From an uncultured Gemmatimonadaceae bacterium (GTDB lineage Bacteria > Gemmatimonadota > Gemmatimonadetes > Longimicrobiales > Gaopeijiaceae), in the NCBI GenBank assembly GCA_964464555.1, contig CAYXGM010000007.1, positions 1 to 59,706 on the forward strand: 59,706 bases of DNA. Direction: 5' to 3'. This document shows positions 57,852-59,706 of this stretch, piece by piece. Every line of letters starts with the position of its first letter. The stretch's first letter is position 1. Under the pieces are notes generated by a model. That model searched no databases, was not told the DNA's origin, and worked only from the letters and a program-made list of their open reading frames with translations. The translations under genes were made by a program, and so were the position numbers.

Positions 57852-58870
57852 TTTTCCTCGTCCTCGCCCTCCCCTGCCCTCTCCTCCTCCCGGTCGGCCC
57901 GGACCCGGGAGTCCAGGGCCTCCAGAAGGGGGTCCAGCCCCTTTCGGGCCACGGAGCTCACGGGGAAGGTCCCCCAGGCATCCGGAGCCTCCACCTCGGG
58001 CGTTGAATCCTCCGGACCCAGGAGATCCACCTTGGTCAGGACCAGGCAATGAGGTCGGGCCGCCAGCTCGGAGGAGTGGCTCCGCAGCTCCTCCCGGAGC
58101 TGGTCGTACTCCTCCTGGGGGTCGGCGGCGTCCACGGGGATGAGGTAGGCCAGAGCCCGGGTCCGCTCGATGTGCCGGAGAAACTGCAGCCCCAGCCCCT
58201 TCCCCTCGTGGGCCCCCTCGATGATGCCCGGAATGTCCGCTACCACGAAGGAGCGGTAGTCGGAGAGCTGCACCACGCCCAGGTTGGGCGTGAGGGTCGT
58301 GAAGGGATAGTCCGCCACCTTCGGATGGGCCGCGGAGATGCTGGCCAGCAGGGTGGATTTTCCGGCATTGGGCTGCCCCACCAGCCCCACGTCGGCGATG
58401 AGCTTCAGCTCCAGCTCCAGCCGCCTGGACACCCCTTCCTCTCCCGGTTCCCATCTGCGCGGAGCCTGATGGGTGGGTGTGGCGAAGCGGGCGTTTCCCC
58501 GCCCTCCCCGCCCACCCGGGGCCACGACCATCCGGTCTCCGGCGGCCAGAAGCTCCCCCAGGAGATCGCCGGTGTCGGCATCCCTCACCACCGTGCCGGG
58601 GGGCACCGCCACTTCCATGTCTTCCCCGCTCCGGCCGGTCCTGTTGCTCCCCTCGCCGTGCTGTCCCCTCGGGGCCTTGTAGTGGGGCCGGTGGGTCAGG
58701 TCCAGGAGGGTGGAGAGCTGGGGATTGGCGACGAGGATCACGCTCCCTCCATCTCCCCCGTCCCCGCCGGAGGGGCCGCCCCAGGGCACTCCCTTCTCCC
58801 TGCGGAAGGCCTCGGCCCCGGATCCGCCGGTGCCCCCCTCCACGTGGATGACCGTCCGATCAACGAACAT
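57833..58870 (-). CDS. obg: GTPase Obg/CgtA
   Basis: Start at MFVDRTVIHVEGGTGGSG (Obg fold, Gly-rich). G1 GQPNAGKST. G3 DIPG. Confidence 0.85.
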   Translation of the reverse strand: MFVDRTVIHVEGGTGGSGAEAFRREKGVPWGGPSGGDGGDGGSVILVANPQLSTLLDLTHRPHYKAPRGQHGEGSNRTGRSGEDMEVAVPPGTVVRDADTGDLLGELLAAGDRMVVAPGGRGGRGNARFATPTHQAPRRWEPGEEGVSRRLELELKLIADVGLVGQPNAGKSTLLASISAAHPKVADYPFTTLTPNLGVVQLSDYRSFVVADIPGIIEGAHEGKGLGLQFLRHIERTRALAYLIPVDAADPQEEYDQLREELRSHSSELAARPHCLVLTKVDLLGPEDSTPEVEAPDAWGTFPVSSVARKGLDPLLEALDSRVRADREEERAGEGEDEEKWWVPE

Positions 58871-59546
58871 GGTCTGGATCTCCTTCCTCCGGTCCTTTCG
58901 CCATGAAGCTGGCGGCGGCATGGGCCGAGCGTTCCCGGACCCGCCGCCAGACGGCCCACATCTGGTCCCGCCTCTCCCCGTCCACCTTCCCCTCCGCTTC
59001 CCGGAGAGTCTCCGTCACCTCCCCGGGCGTCCCGCCGGCGTTGAGGGCCCCCCGCAGGTGGGAATAGAGCTGACGGGGCGTTCCCAGGACAGCCAGAAGG
59101 GCAACGATGCAGAGCTCCCGGGTCCGGAGTGAAAGCCCGGGTCGCCCCAGGACCTTTCCGTATCCCTCCACCACCATCCAGCGTTCCATGTCGGGGTGGA
59201 GAGCCCGGACGTTCGTCCGGAGGCCGCCGTACTGACCCCCATAGACCGTGCGGCAGACTTCCTTTCCCCGGGCCTCCCAGGCCGACCAGTCGTCGGCCAC
59301 TCCCTCCCCGGCCTCCCGGCCCGAAACCTCCCGCCAGAGGCCGAAGGCGTTCAGCGCCGCCGGATAGCCCAGGAAGAGGTAGCTCTGGAGGATGACCTCC
59401 TCCACCTCTCGGGCATCGGCCTCCCGGACGCAGGCCTCCATGGCCTCCCGGAGCCCCCGGGGCTCGCCGTGAGCAAGAGCGGCGCTCAGCCGGACCAGGT
59501 GCCGCCCGGGCAAACCCGGACGCACTTCGGAATTGCCGTCTCTCAA
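58860..59546 (-). CDS. carboxymuconolactone decarboxylase (AhpD-like) family protein
   Basis: ...ELCIVALLAVLGTPRQLYSHLRGAL... resembles the CMD/AhpD core. Its 3' end overlaps the obg start by about 10 nt. Confidence 0.6.
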   Translation of the reverse strand: MRDGNSEVRPGLPGRHLVRLSAALAHGEPRGLREAMEACVREADAREVEEVILQSYLFLGYPAALNAFGLWREVSGREAGEGVADDWSAWEARGKEVCRTVYGGQYGGLRTNVRALHPDMERWMVVEGYGKVLGRPGLSLRTRELCIVALLAVLGTPRQLYSHLRGALNAGGTPGEVTETLREAEGKVDGERRDQMWAVWRRVRERSAHAAASFMAKGPEEGDPDHVR

Positions 59547-59586
59547 GAGCCTGTCCTTCCTTCCGGGAGCCCGTCCGCACAGGCTC

Positions 59587-59706
59587 CTATCTGAGCTGAA
59601 AGGTCGCTTCCATCGTCCCCACGACCTCCCCCCGGGTATTGGTCATCTCCACCCTGCGGAAGGGCTCCAGGGCGGGCTTGCGGCCCTCGCCCCAGAACCA
59701 GATCTG
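59587..59706 (-). CDS. C-terminal fragment of an unidentified protein (gene start beyond window end)
   Basis: Open minus-strand frame from the window edge ...IWFWGEGRKPALEPFRRVEMTNTRGEVVGTMEATFQLR ending in TAG. Too short to assign. Confidence 0.3.
   Translation of the reverse strand, partial: QIWFWGEGRKPALEPFRRVEMTNTRGEVVGTMEATFQLR

Overview
This window is a high-GC (roughly 65-70%) bacterial chromosomal segment, compact and dominated by housekeeping genes. I call 57 of 59 coding regions on the minus strand. At least a dozen gene junctions overlap by 4 nt (ATGA or GTGA), which suggests long co-transcribed units. Recognisable genes include ileS, rluD, a purine nucleoside phosphorylase, divIVA, yggS, an exbB-exbD-exbD-tonB cluster, cdaA, the tilS-hpt-ftsH cluster, eno-ftsB, plsC, thiL, nnr, glyA, a Leu-dehydrogenase / acyl-CoA dehydrogenase / hbd / thiolase set, rsmA, an orphan STAS / RsbW-like / GAF-PP2C partner-switching module, coaD-rsmD, recJ, dnaG, mutS2, prmA, dnaJ, hrcA, hemW, dprA, obg and one tRNA(CAU). 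Many long plus-strand ORFs in the track are antisense shadows of these genes, as expected in GC-rich DNA. I found no CRISPR array, mobile element or rRNA. The most unusual locus is at 2.3-6.1 kb: a DUF4388+TPR protein translationally coupled to a 670-705 aa DnaA paralog. That paralog has two DnaA-type AAA+ modules (the second lacks a Walker A motif) and no DNA-binding domain IV. It sits next to a HExxH metalloprotease and a sigma-54 response regulator. Other points worth a second look are a Met-rich secreted protein, a palindrome upstream of exbB, several strong GC hairpins at gene ends, and a hemW-hrcA-dnaJ-prmA unit lacking grpE/dnaK with no CIRCE element found. I could not run any homology searches, so all functional calls rest on motif and family recognition by eye. 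Start codons are approximate where noted. Homopolymer counts in my reading may be off by 1 nt, so small coordinate shifts are possible.
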